Assembly (NCBI GenBank): GCA_951406725.2
Contig: OX597823.1
Span: forward strand, 40,796,001 to 40,860,000
DNA from: Octopus vulgaris
Taxonomy: Eukaryota
Length of the DNA stretch: 64,000 nucleotides
Direction of reading: 5' to 3'
The position numbers and the translations under genes were made by a program. This document shows, in pieces, positions 39,666 to 52,840 of this stretch. A model generated the notes under the pieces. It made no database searches. It saw nothing but the letters and a program-made list of their open reading frames with translations, and had not been told where the DNA came from. Position 1 is the stretch's first letter, and the number at the start of each line of letters is the position of its first letter.

Positions 39666-41621
39666 CAAAACATATAAAATATGCTATATTTTCATTGCTT
39701 TTCTATAATTAAATTCTACAGAATCGTTTGCTCTTCGCCATAATAGACAAATTGTTTCGTTTTCCTTGAGAATCTTCAGGAATAGTTTTTCTCAAATAAG
39801 GTTAATCTCCGCCTACTGAGCTATATAATTTCAAAATGTGTTAAAGAAAACTTCAATAATGGCAGCTGGAAATCAGTGGTTGTTTCCATCAAACGTTAGC
39901 CATGTTATATTTTAACGCGTTTTTGTTTTAGTGATACAGTGTTTGTTTTGATCAGATGTAATTCGGCTCAGAATGCGGTACATAAAGTTATCACGCTCAC
40001 CATACCGAATTATAAATGCTTAAGATTGTTGTCATATTTAGTTGTGTGTTAGGAGGGTCATTAAGTCAATAAGAAACAGACGCACTGGTCCTATTTCACC
40101 ACTTCTTTATTACATGTAACTCCTTTTATCACCGATTCATCCATCACAGATCTAGGTAACACGTTACTCTAATTGGGAAACATGATGCACTTATCCAGAA
40201 TTCATCCGTGGTAGCATGGGTCGGCGCGATTCAGTCGATGATTGTTCGTGAACTTCAAAAGCGCACTCCTGTGATCAACCACAAATGATCAGGACAACTT
40301 GTGGACTCGAAACGAAATCTACTTTTCTCATATGTTTCTTTATTCATTTATCACTGATTCAGTTAACAGGATTTTGTTATTATTGTCTAATTTTTTTTTT
40401 AGAATAAACATTCATGATAATGATAAACGAGTATAGATGTATTTATAAGCAAACCGTTAACGATTCTACCATGTAGCTAATCAATTGTTTATTAACTATT
40501 CGGTTCATCAATCAGTCAACTAGGTTAGACAAAGGCTTTCTATCACCATTCGCGACTTCAACAATAACATGCCCTCTCTACTTCAGAGCTGAGACCGAGC
40601 TAAAGTTGGGAGGTATATCATTGACAGGATTGCGATCGGCGAGCGTGAGTATAGTAACGAATGGTGACAAAAGGTCACTAATGAGCCGAGGTGGTTGAAT
40701 GATTATTCGACCAATTTATTAATCGATTACTTAAACTGGCTGAACAACTAACTAATTGGTTAACTAGTTGACTAATAAAAATAAAAGTAGTGAACTAGAA
40801 CAAGTGCATGTGTTTCTTAATGGCATAATGATGTTCCCGAGATACAATAAAGTCTGTTTCAAGCACAACTTCTCTTGAAGGATCTTGCAAACCAAATATA
40901 AAAATGAAAGATGTCTCGTAATATTTCTGAAACACTACTTGTCCAAATGTAGGAGATACATGTAGCGAGGAAGTGCAATTATTAATTTACATACATGCAT
41001 TTATATACATATGCATGTATGTAGATCACATTCCGTATATGTAAGGAAAATGTGTTTACATTCTTATTTAACTCACAGTAAGGCTTTATAATATTTAAAT
41101 CTGAGTTATTCTGAATTACGCTGTAACGAGCGCGCATATGCACACATTTTCTTTATCTTTTCGTATGGTTTCGTTTGTATTTCACCCTGTTATTTCACTT
41201 TACATTCAATTTACTTATTCCCCCTAATAATAACATTCTAGGATATTCTTCCGCTTCTTCTCTTCTTCCCTCCGTTGATTGACTGAAAATTCACGTGGCA
41301 TCTATATTTCTGTTGTATACTTTACCACATTGTATTGTCAGTAATGTCGATGTACGTTGGAAAGAAATGAATTGAATTTTGACAAATATAATCGTTTCAT
41401 TATCACGAAAAATTGTCTACGTGTGCAATAAACAGTAGGTTAATATTTAACCTAACAGATCGTTGCAGTTCTTGAAATAGCAGATAAAATCCTCAAAACT
41501 TTTGATGCCACCTTTGCCATTGTCTCATCTGAGATAATATTTCTTTCATAAAATTTATTACTGAAATATTATGAATTATGTGATTTTCATAAATTTAGAT
41601 ATGCTCTAATACTAGCTCGTT

Positions 41622-41664
<43 letters not shown>

Positions 41665-41996
41665 TTATATATAAACATACACATATATACACACACACAC
41701 CCATATATGTCCCTCGCTGTTTACGTACATATACACACACACGTACAAATAATTGGAGTTAAGTCGCAACTTATGTTTCTCTACATAGTAAACTACAAAA
41801 ATTACATTTGCTGGCGTGTGCAGAAACTTGTGCAAACCTGTAATTAATTTAGTACATGCATACAAAGTATCACGAATGAAAAGAAAGATGTGTACATTTA
41901 CTTTTCATACGTTCCTGTAAGCTGAGAAGTGAAAGGCAACAGCTTCAGGATTCTGTGTCAGAGAAAATTTTCTCTCTGCAGACGTTCTCGGCGTGA

Positions 41997-42081
41997 TACA
42001 TACATACATACATACATACATACATACATACATACATACATACATACATACATACATACATACATACATACATACATACAT

Positions 42082-42115
<34 letters not shown>

Positions 42116-42123
42116 CACACACA
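41997..42123. repeat. (TACA)n-(CA)n microsatellite
   Basis: Seen directly. Confidence 0.95.
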
Positions 42124-42134
42124 TATCTATAATA

Positions 42135-42622
42135 TTGGGTCATCCCATAAATAATGCGGTGTTTTAATACTTATTTCATTTTTTTTAAAATTAAGATAAA
42201 CAAAGTTCTTTTTTAATCTAAAATATACTCTCCCTCATTTTCTACAAAGCCCGTCCATCTATCTGGTAGACTTGCAAGGCCCCTCTATCAGAATTGACTT
42301 GTCTGCGACGAAAAATACCCTTCCAGTACTGTTCTGACTTCGTCTACACAGTTCATATTGTCTTCTGTCCAAATGATTTTGAAGACTGCGGAATAAATAA
42401 TAATCAGATGGGGCAATGTCCTGCGAATATGGTGGGTGGGACAGCGTTTCCCACTCAAACTGTTCCAGCCTTTGGAATGTCATTATAGCTGTATGTGGTC
42501 GTGCATTATCCTGATGGAAGAACACCTTCCGTCTTGCAAACAAAGATGAGCGTTTTCCAATGGCACGCAGCTGTCGATGAATGGTTGAATGACCAAATCC
42601 AAGCTTCTCTGCTAGTTTCTCA
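42135..42622 (-). mobile_element. Mariner (DD34D-type) transposon remnant with one TIR
   Basis: Peptides ..LAEKLGFGHSTIHRQLRAIGK (HTH region) fused by internal deletion to FFHQDNARPH...HPPYSQDIAPSDYYLFRSLQNHL. TIR ta|ttgggtcatcccataaataatgcgg. Confidence 0.9.
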
Positions 42623-43041
42623 ACCCAGCTCGTCCCCCTGCTCCCACTCATGCTGCAGCACTTGCCCTTACCTCTCCAACGCCTCCCTTCTCACCGAACC
42701 CATCATCGCCCCTATCACATCACCGACTCTTTCACCTGCACTTCTACCAATGTCATTTACTGCATCTCCTGCTCTCTCTCCCTTCTCTATACATCGGGCA
42801 AACGGGATGCCGCTTGGCTGACCGGTTCGTGGAACACATCCGAGACATCCAACTCGGCAATGACACACCGATCTCACGCCATTTCCGCTCTACCGGTCAC
42901 TCTTTGCAACACCTGTCCGGGTTCGGATTGTTCTTGCACAGGAGCCATCCGGACTCCCATTTGCGCCGTGAACAGAGATTAATCTTCTCTCGTCGCTCCT
43001 TTGTGCCACATGGGCTCAACTCTTCTCCCCTCTTCATCTAA
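42621..43041 (+). pseudogene. GIY-YIG endonuclease domain of a Penelope-like element (frameshifted)
   Basis: PCSHSCCSTCPY / ITDSFTCTSTNVIYCISC / YIGQTGCRLADRFVEHIRDI...PISRHF...GHS...REQRLIF...PHGLN*, the classic PLE linker cysteines plus VIY-YIG, R..EH and GLN motifs. Confidence 0.9.
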
Positions 43042-43668
43042 CCTCCTCCCTTCGCCTCTCTCCTCCTCACACCTACTTCCTCCCACCCACCTCTCCTCTC
43101 TTGCTCCGACTTCTACTTCTCTTCACTCCTACTCTCTCTTCTCTTCACTCCTGCCCACCTTCTCCTTCCCTCTTCATCGTCACCCCTTCCCTCGTAACCC
43201 CACCCCACACCTACACATTCTAACACCACCTTCCATGTCCCACCCACTCCCACATACCCCACCTCTACCCATACCCTCAGCCTAACTCACACCCCACCCT
43301 TACTTTCCCAACTCTCGCTTCCCCCACCTCCAAACACCATCACACCACACCACACACCACTACACCATACACCACCATATCACATAACACATCACATTAC
43401 ACCACCACGCAGACACTAGCACTGACCAATTCCCAGCCGCACATCTTCACACACACACGCACACGTCAAGGTCACCAGCCCTCTTCCACACACTCATGCA
43501 TACTCTCTTAAACACATGCACGCGCACCTTCGTTTTGGGATTACCGCTACTCTATTATCTCCCCTTCTTCCTAGCTCTCCTATGTGACCTTTCTGTCAGG
43601 CATTCGCCATGATAGATCGCTAGCCACTACACATTATCTATTTTTTCTCCTTGTTTCTTTCTGTGTTC

Positions 43669-43704
43669 CTTTCTGTGGAAGAGCGTAAGCTCGAAATGTT
43701 AAAG
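43669..43704 (+). ncRNA. Minimal hammerhead-ribozyme-like motif (PLE-associated)
   Basis: cttt-CTGTGGA-A-gagc(gtaa)gctc-GAAA-tgtt-aaag. Confidence 0.5.
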
Positions 43705-43794
43705 ACTTTTTCACTTCCCGAAGGCGTTAAACTAATACATCTGTTTGTTGTCTACACCACCTATCTTCGTCCTTTGTTTTTTTCTGAGTTCTCC

Positions 43795-43867
<73 letters not shown>

Positions 43868-45189
43868 GTCTAAAACATAGAACAGTAATGCATGCAGTTA
43901 AGTCTATGTCTGGTCATAGAGTGACCGATGGTTTCGCATCCATAACACGCTTAGCTCCTTGGACGACTCGTCAGACCCTAACGTCATATATGTTTGTGTG
44001 TGTGTGTTTAAATCTATGCCATAGACATACAAACGTTTAAGATTTACCTATTTTGTAGATCGATTTATCATATATACCAGTGTTTCCTATCGGTTTTTAG
44101 GTGTTTGGTCATGCGGATTAGCAGCTTATGGAATAAAAGTATAAATGGCTAGATTTTACACACACATACACATACATACATACACACAGGCACACACACA
44201 CACAGAAACACACACACACACACACACATACGAGCATGTATGAGTCTTTGTGTATATACTATGTCTAAAGGATGTAATGTTTAATCTAGACATACAATTT
44301 CTTATACTCTGAGTATACAGAGAGTGAACTACGAGGTCAGTCATCATAGAACACACAAGAGAATTTGGAAGTTATGTTTGGCACCCAGCGCCTAACGTGT
44401 CAAAGAGAATGGAAAACATGCATATTCCTGGCAGGTCCATTCCATCCCCATGCTTATTACATTTTTATATAATTAAATAAATAAATCAAGAACGAAAGAA
44501 AAAAAAGAAATTAAGAGAAAGTGAAAGAAAGGCAAGCGAAAGATTTTTGCATAAATGCGAAGGTTTCAAGACAAGAAAATTGAGGAAAGAGAGAAAAATG
44601 TACTGCAACAACAAAAGCAATAATAGTAATAATAATAATAATAATGGTAATTGTTAGTAACAAAACCCAAACATGTGTAAGTATTAGTTAAATGACGACT
44701 ATAGGAGGTGGAGTTATTGATGATAAATAGCTATAGGGCAAAGAAAGCTAGTGTTATGTGGTTGGTGAGAGAGAGACAGAGAGACAGAGAATGACAGAGA
44801 GTGAGAGTGAGAGAAGAGGGATGGAAGTTGAGACTAAAGAGAGTGGGAAGGTGAGGCTGGTTGTGGTGTGAGTGGGTGTGGTGTAGTCAAAAATAGCTGA
44901 TGCTGGCTTGCGGTGAAAGAACCTGTAAACAAGGGAAATAGGTACATACGCAGACACACATAGACTCACACATAGCCTCACGCACGCGCACTAACACACT
45001 TCGCATCATACACTTTTGTTCATTTTATCAGTTACGGCCATTGAAATTGCGGCCAGGCTGGAGCACCGCGTTTCTGGTTTTTAGTCTCTATTCCAGTTTG
45101 ATAGAAGTTTTATCGAAGCCTCTTTGTCGAAATGCTAGATTATAAAAACGGTTCAATATAAGCACACACAGACACGCACACACAAATAC

Positions 45190-45273
<84 letters not shown>

Positions 45274-45605
45274 CTACACACTTCTGTGCACCACTTCAAG
45301 TAAATACACGCACGTGGCTGGCCTTCTGCACAGAGATTATCTTACCGAAATTTCACTGATTATGTATTGGTCAAAGCGAGGCGGTAGTAGAAAACACTCT
45401 GACTACGCGAGTACGAGATCGATCCGAGGACACTCTGGTTTGGAAACTAACTGCTTAAAAACACACTTGAGAGGCAGTGTCTATCTGTGGTGTATAAAGT
45501 TGGTTTTTACGCAGGGAAGCAAAATATATATATATGAATATATATACATACATATATATTGCTTCCGTGAGTAAAATCCAACTTTATACACCACACGCTC
45601 TCTCT

Positions 45606-45693
<88 letters not shown>

Positions 45694-46228
45694 AAGAGAG
45701 GGGAGAGAGCGGGAGAGGGAGGCGTTCATTTCGTTCATCTGGGGTCTAACATGAATAAAATAAGTAGAGGCCGATGTAATAAGAGAGAACTGATAGCTAT
45801 GAGGGCCTTCAGTTTTGCGCAAACGTACATATCAAATATATGTATGTAATGTACGCGCGCATACAGACACACACACGCGCACTCACACGCACACGCGCAC
45901 GAATGTGTATACTCACGCAAGTATGTAATGTACTTAAAAAAGGAAAAGAGAGGGGGATGGGGCGGGGAGGGACAAGACAATGTATAATGTCTGAGTTACA
46001 CAAAGTGTCCAGTGAGGGATTGAGTATAATACCAATCGTTGTTTTGTGTATGCACATGTCTGTGGGCAAATATTTGTGTATGTATGTGAATGCAAGTATA
46101 TATATGTTCGTGTTTGTGCGCGTGTGTGTGTTTATTTTATATATATATATATGTGTGTGTGTGTGTGGTTGTGCATGTGCAACATTCAATATCTGTACAC
46201 CACACCTAACACTCTATACACACACATG

Positions 46229-46301
<73 letters not shown>

Positions 46302-46425
46302 AAGTGAATATGGTATGTATGTATGTAGATATATATGCCTGCAACTATAACACAGAGTTAAGGCACGAGGGAGGAACAGTGTGTTTGTGTAAGTACATAT
46401 GCATGTGTGTGTGTATGTGTGTGCA

Positions 46426-46478
<53 letters not shown>

Positions 46479-47133
46479 TTTAAGGGAAGTAAAGGCAGAT
46501 ATAGAAAAGGCCGAAAATGAAATAGAGAAGAGGCAGAGAGAGAGTTGGATGTAATTTCTGAGAGGAATAGACAGTTTGGCAGAAGACCAGTTCCACTAAT
46601 CAATAGTCTGCGCCGAAAATAGCTATGGAAATGATGTATTGTTGTAGAACGTTCAATCGTAGCGAGCTGGGTCGGTAGAATGTCCAACGCCTTCGCCATC
46701 TTCTTTCGTGCATGTACAGATTGAACTGAGAGAGACAGAGAGAGAGAGAGAGGAAGAGAGCGACAGAGGGAGAGAAGGGAAGAGAGAGACAGAGGGAGAG
46801 AGAGAGAGAGAACCGGAGAGAGAGACAGGGAAGGGAGAGTGAGAGAGCGGGGAAAGAGAATGAGCAAGTGGTATAAAGTTATATAAAATGATAGACAGAT
46901 GAAGTGCAGGAGAGAGAGAGACACACACACACAGTCAGAGAGATAGAGGGGTACAAGTGTGTGTATGTATATATGTATACATAACCCTAACCCTAACACA
47001 CACGCGCGCACATACACACATATATATATCTATGTATATATACATATGTATACATTTACGTACGTGTATATATCTATATATGCTTCCGCATGTGTGATGA
47101 ATGTGTGTATATGTGTGTGCTCCTGTGTGTGTT

Positions 47134-47173
<40 letters not shown>

Positions 47174-47306
47174 CATATATACACATACATATATACATAT
47201 ATACACATACTTATGTGTATGTATATATATATATATATACGTATGTATACATTTACGTACGTGTATATATCTATATAAGCGTCTGCGCGCGCATGTATAT
47301 ATGTAT

Positions 47307-47337
<31 letters not shown>

Positions 47338-47384
47338 CATATATATGTATATATATATATATACATAGATATATACATATACAT

Positions 47385-47447
<63 letters not shown>

Positions 47448-47451
<4 letters not shown>

Positions 47452-47660
47452 ATGTTGATTCGTTAGCTACTGCACGCATTTTTTTTCTCTCCTTCTTTCT
47501 GTGTTTTTCTCTCTCTGTGTATCTTTCTGTTGAAGAGCGTAGGCTCGAAACGTTAAAGACTTGTTTTATTTATATTTCCTGAGCGCCATACTAATACAAT
47601 TGTTCGTTTGTTTTCCACCTGCCTTCGTCTTTTGTTTATTTTCATAAAGCTTCCCGTTAT
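47448..47660 (+). mobile_element. Penelope-like element, short 3' terminal fragment (related subfamily)
   Basis: Homologous to 43604-43800 and flanked by (TA)n on both sides. Confidence 0.8.
47522..47559 (+). ncRNA. Minimal hammerhead-ribozyme-like motif (best-paired copy)
   Basis: Stem I tcttt/aaaga, core CTGTTGA-A, stem II gagc(gtag)gctc, GAAA, palindromic ACGT stem III. Confidence 0.55.
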
Positions 47661-47787
47661 ATATATATATATATGGAGAGAAAGACAGCGGAAGAGAGAG
47701 GAGTATATATAGCGAAAGAGAGGAGACAGAGAGAGTGAGGTCTATGTGTGTGTGAGTATATAGGCGTGTGTGCATATAGATGAAGAC

Positions 47788-47803
47788 ATAGATAGATAGA
47801 CAT

Positions 47804-47850
<47 letters not shown>

Positions 47851-47877
47851 TATAGATAGATAGATAGATAGACAGAC

Positions 47878-47944
<67 letters not shown>

Positions 47945-47955
47945 CAGACAGATAA
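47788..47955. repeat. (GATA)n microsatellite
   Basis: Seen directly. Confidence 0.95.
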
Positions 47956-48559
47956 AGCTGGAATGATACGGAGAAATGTTTGAAAGAAAGAGGTAGCTTT
48001 TGAGGGAGAGAGAGAAAGAGAGGTAGAAGAAGACTGAAAGGAGAGGGTCGATGAATGCAGTAATGAAATGAAATCGGGTTGGGGGCGGCGTAGGTGTAGG
48101 AGGGTTTGGAATATGAGGCGGTCAGATATGGCCTGGCTATTGTTATGCCGGTGTATTCTGTGTAACAACTTAAATAACCACTCTCACTCACATATATATA
48201 TATATATTTTTTATATATACACAGTTCTGTACAGGAATGAATAAGTGTTTGTATGCATGCACACGTATGTCCATGCAGACGATCAAATATATACACAAAC
48301 GCATACTCAAATTAGTGTTATGGTGCAAAATTACAGCCTCCGGTGTTTCTTTTCTTTATGCGCATTCATAAATGCACCCTTTACACACTTGCACTTATGC
48401 ATAAACATACACATGCACATAGAGAAATTATATAAGCGGCTGGAATATTGATACACGCACGAATGCACACACAAACTCATGCACACACACACGCACACAA
48501 ACACGCGCATATGTATTTGAAGTAAACGACTGGAATACGAAGACTTATTTCGTGTCTTG

Positions 48560-48862
48560 TGGAGGCGCAATGGCCCAGTGATTAGGGCAGCGGACTTGCG
48601 GTCGGAGGACCGCGGTTTCGATTCCCACACTGTGCGTTGTGTGTGTTTATTGAGCGGAAACACCTAAAAGCTCCGCGAGGCTCCGACAGGGGGTGGTGGC
48701 GACCACTGTTATACTATTTCGCCACAGTTTTCTCTCACTCTCTCTGCTTGTTTCTTGAGTAACACTGCGATGGACTGGCGTCCCTTCCAGCTGGGGGGAA
48801 CATATACGCCACAGAAACCAGGAAACCGGGCCCATGAGCCTGACTAGGCTTGAAAAAGGCGA
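48560..48862 (+). mobile_element. tRNA-derived SINE family C, near full length
   Basis: A-box tggcccagtg and B-box ggtttcgattcc in a tRNA-like head. The central ctgcgatggactggcgtccc motif resembles conserved SINE-superfamily domains (recall). Confidence 0.85.
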
Positions 48863-49504
48863 CGTTTATCATATTTCGTTTCTTATGGTACATTATGGTT
48901 AGTGTTTCAAATCTCAACAAATCTTCAGCTAGACATGAATAGTTGCCATTTAACTTTAGATCAAATCTTATTCAATATATGTATGATTAAAGATCCTCCA
49001 ATCGTGACAATCACGTCTTTTATTTACACATTTTATTTAGGACACAAACAAATACTCTTAACTGTAACTCTCAAGCGAGTATAATTTGGTAGTTTGTACT
49101 CTGCATTAGCTGGCTGTTTTAGGGGATTGTGTAGTGGCGAGCAGACACAGCACCACGAGGGCTCTTCCACTGTGGACCCAACAGATCAACCGAGACGTGA
49201 TAGCTGAAGAGAAAGAGAAAGGGCTACACCAGCACTGGACAGTTATGCATCATAGAGGAATAGACTGGAGTGAGGGGTAATGAAGTGCCTTGCTCAAGGA
49301 ATCAATGCGCCGCCCAGCACATGTACTAAACCTACGAATTTAATACCATGTGCTCAATAGCTTAACCACTCGGCTCTCCATATTTACAAAGACTAAATAT
49401 ACTTCTATTTTAAAGCAGTAATTTGAGGGAGATTTAGCAATTATTTCTAACAAGTTGCGAGTCCTCTAGTGGCTCTCTGCCGGATTGAAAATCCCGTTGG
49501 CATC

Positions 49505-49835
49505 TCTTTTACATTTTCCTGATTTTAGTCACTGGAATGCAGAGTTACTGGGAGTTACGGAATAAACAAACCAACTTCGGTTGCCAAGCAGTGGGGTTAC
49601 ATAGATACGCACGCACGCACACACGCACGCACACACACACACACGCACATACACGCACACACATACACACATGCGTATATGCGATAAGCTTCCACGCTGT
49701 TGTTATCTACCAGATTCATTCACAAGGCATTGGTCGATCTAAGGCCACGGTAGAAGACACTCGCCCAAGATGCAGTGCCATGGGACTGAACCCAAAACCA
49801 CATGGTTGCAAAGCTATCTCTGTAATCACGTAGTA
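49505..49835 (-). mobile_element. SINE family B, degenerate
   Basis: cacaaggcattggtcg...gtagaagacactcgcccaagatgcagtgccatgggactgaaccc matches 63806-63880. Confidence 0.75.
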
Positions 49836-50874
49836 TTACAAATAAAACACCAGCAGGCGGGATTTACGTTTCAATTTCGATTCCCGGTCAGCCCATTTTA
49901 TTTCATACGGTCGAATCGGTTCTAGTTTTTAATATTCGTAGGGTTTCAAAATTGTGAGTGCGTCGTACAAAGTGTGTTTTTGCTATTTAGTTACAATTTC
50001 ATAGTACTGAGTCCAAATGCCTCAAAAGTTAACTTTGCCTTTCACCCTTTCGGTGGTGGGGGTCAATAGACTATAATACTAGTCGTGTACTGGGATCGAT
50101 ATACTGGGTTTTACTCCCTCCTAAATAACTTGAAACAAAATTGACAAAGTCATGTGACATAGCATAAAAACAAGTTTTTCTAAAGACCCCCTGACTAAAT
50201 AAAGTTACGTTAAAACTCAGTAGCGAAGGTTTACTGCAGCAAAAATTAGTCCATAAAGTTCCTCTAAGTTCCAAAAATTAGTCCATAGTAGAGTTCCTCT
50301 AAGTGTCTGTAACTTGAGCAAAGACGAATATAAAGTTTTGTACATTCAACATTTTTTGGGGAAGAACAAAGGGGAGAAAGCGATGTTATTGATTGGTCGA
50401 TCAGCATTTAATTAGAGAAGAAGTGAAATGAAGATGTGATGTGTGAGGTGAGGGATGATAAAGAATGATGAGAGAGGGGGAGAGATAAAGTGAGAGAGTA
50501 GGATGTTTAGAGTGCAAAAGTGATGAAAGGCGTGGAAAGGCGTGGAAACTAAAGTTCGGAAATAGGAGATAGAAAGAGCCCACCGCCTCCAAAAATAGGC
50601 ACAGAAATAAGACAAACATACGTATGCAAACATAAGTGTGTGTGTGTGTGTGTGCGTGTGTGTGTGCGTGTGTGTGTGTGTGTTTTCGTATCTAGTAGTG
50701 GTGGATCTCCGTCGTTCAACGATGAGGAATCAGTCGTTCGATATTATGTCGTCCGGAATTATGTGTGTAGGTGTGTGGTCTTTTTTCTTGTTTAGCTGTG
50801 AAACAAGGATATTATATTCAAACCATGTTAAAGAAGCTTAGTGCATTCAGCGAATGCATTTTCTGCTAATATAT

Positions 50875-51098
50875 ACAAGGGGGCGCTGGAAAATTCCTGA
50901 TTTTGGGTGAAAGAAGATGCAGGAGGATCAGTTAATTATAATTTTATTCAACATATTCCCCTCTCAGATTCACACATTTATTGCAACGGTCCTTCAGTTT
51001 TTCGGAAAGAAGGTCTGTAAAAGAACTCGAAAAGTTGGGCCTCCAACCAAGCCTTTCGCGACACCCTTAAAGCCAGAAATGTTTTAGCAGCGTCCCGC
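50875..51098. mobile_element. Mariner-type MITE
   Basis: Imperfect TIRs caagggggcgctggaaaattcctg and ccagaaatgttttagcagcgtccc. The internal tttattcaacatattcccctc...cacacatttattgc is typical of mariner ends. Confidence 0.55.
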
Positions 51099-52187
51099 AA
51101 GCTTTGAAGAAACTCACAGCCTCGGAGAACACAACCTGTCTCCTTGTTGTTACTCTCACATGATATAAACAGAACCACCTAGAACAAACAGCACGACCGC
51201 AATCTCTACCACCATGATATATATATACATTTCTACAAACTTCAATATATTGCTTATAAATTCAAGAGGATATGAATGAAATATCAAAGTTTAATATACG
51301 ATATATTTATTCAATTCTTATATTGCAAAGTTAGTAATAACGAAAAGAGCTCACTTTATAATCTTTAGAATTTATCATCACTTGTAGAATGGATTTCAAC
51401 AGAATCGTTTCCTTTGTACGTATGGAGCTGATGCAGTTTGTGACAGACGTCGCTTTTTCATCATTTATTCGACAATATTACGTTTCGATAATATACACAA
51501 TGCATACATGTATATATGTACATACAATGTGGGCAGGTATGTATATATATATATATATATATATACATGCATACATATATAAGTATATATCATAAATATA
51601 TATATAAATATGTATTATACAAACATATGTATACAAAAATATATGGTATATAAATGTATGCATACATATATAAAGACTATATAAATATATATCATATAAA
51701 TGGAAATATATATAATTTATGCATGGAAATTTAGACATACTCATACAAATATTCATATATGTATTCCATACATGTATTCATATATATTTCAGAAAATACA
51801 TACAAACTGGACATTAATGCACACGCAAACACATACACACGCATACACACATGCACACGCACGAACACACACACATGATTTCATAACTTGTTTCCTACTA
51901 AATAGTGTATTCTTCACAAGTATCTGATTCCGTCCGAAGAATTTTCTGTTTAGGTTGAAACTTATTGGTCTCACAAAATATAGTCATTCTGCAGCATGTA
52001 TTGAGTGCTTTCAATTTAGTTTCTGCATGTATTTACATCTATATTATACGAACAATATTGTAATTTTTATCTACTATACTATAATCGCCCTAACCCACAT
52101 AGTATGTACTTTCATTTATTACTATTATTGTTGCTGTTGCTGTTGTTGTAATTATTATTATTACTATTATTATTATTATCATTATTA

Positions 52188-52300
52188 TTTTCCTTAGCAT
52201 TTTTCATTTCTCTTTCCATTTCTTGCCGAGTGTCTTCCTGACACCTAGGGCAGAGAAACGTGCTGTATACATTGGTAGGCTACTAAAGCAAACACACCAG
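52188..52300 (-). mobile_element. (AAT)n-embedded module, homolog of 9543-9643
   Basis: The reverse complement reads aatgtataca...ttctctgccctaggtgtcaggaagacactcggcaagaaatgga...aaggaaa(aat)n. (TTA)n tracts lie on both sides. Confidence 0.8.
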
Positions 52301-52361
52301 ATTGTTCATGTACAGGGTCATGTGACAGAGAGAAAGGGGAAGACAGAGAGAAAAAGGAAAA

Positions 52362-52411
<50 letters not shown>

Positions 52412-52412
<1 letters not shown>

Positions 52413-52620
52413 ACCGGCGAGCTTGCAGAATGGTTAGCACGTAGGACAAGATACTCAGTGGCGTTTCGTCCGTTTTCATGTTCAGAGTTAAAATTCTACC
52501 GAGGTGGACTCGCCTTTTATCCTTTCGTGTACAGAAAACTAAAAACTACCAACTGAGTCCTGCAGTCAATGTAATTGACTAGCCCTCAGTTTCAGATCTT
52601 GTGCCTATGGTAGGAAGGCT
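52412..52620 (+). mobile_element. SINE family A copy
   Basis: cggcgagcttgcagaatggttagcacg head directly after (ATT)n, plus ccgaggtggactcgccttttatcctttcg core. Confidence 0.82.
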
Positions 52621-52639
52621 TATGCTTATTATGGCTATT

Positions 52640-52840
52640 ACATGCTACATTACTTAGGAGGGGGTGTTGTCCTGAAGTTTGGCAAGAGCACGTCTCTTCA
52701 AATTGTAAGACTCTTTCTTAGCAATCTTGCAGTGTACAGAGTTGCACTTTTTAGGAAGTCGATAGTGGAAGTCTGAATTTCACTATCTTTCAGTCTTTCA
52801 ATCGCTTTGGTAGTAGTTTGGGTACTGTGCCAGGCGCACT
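52640..52840 (-). mobile_element. R4/Dong-like LINE 3' end relic
   Basis: Peptide APGTVPKLLPKRLKD / EIQTSTIDFLKSATLYTARLLRKSLTI* (cf. GALGTVPK...QKSALLGTARILRKVL). Confidence 0.65.

Larger units (their letters stand above)
42621..43800 (+). mobile_element. Penelope-like retroelement, 5'-truncated
   Basis: A GIY-YIG coding region followed by a C-rich 3' region shared with 15373-16088 and 47448-47660. It ends in (TA)n. Confidence 0.9.

Noticed and set aside
40600-40720. rRNA-like words (ttgacaggattg)
   Set aside because: The similarity does not extend beyond a few bases.
46982-46997. Telomeric (TAACCC) repeat
   Set aside because: Under three units, too short to call an interstitial telomere.
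48560-48630. tRNA gene
   Set aside because: A and B boxes are present, but there is no complete cloverleaf and the sequence continues into a SINE body.
50240-50304. Short imperfect tandem duplication (caaaaattagtccata...agttcctctaagt)
   Set aside because: It is real but an ordinary slippage-type duplication with no further structure.
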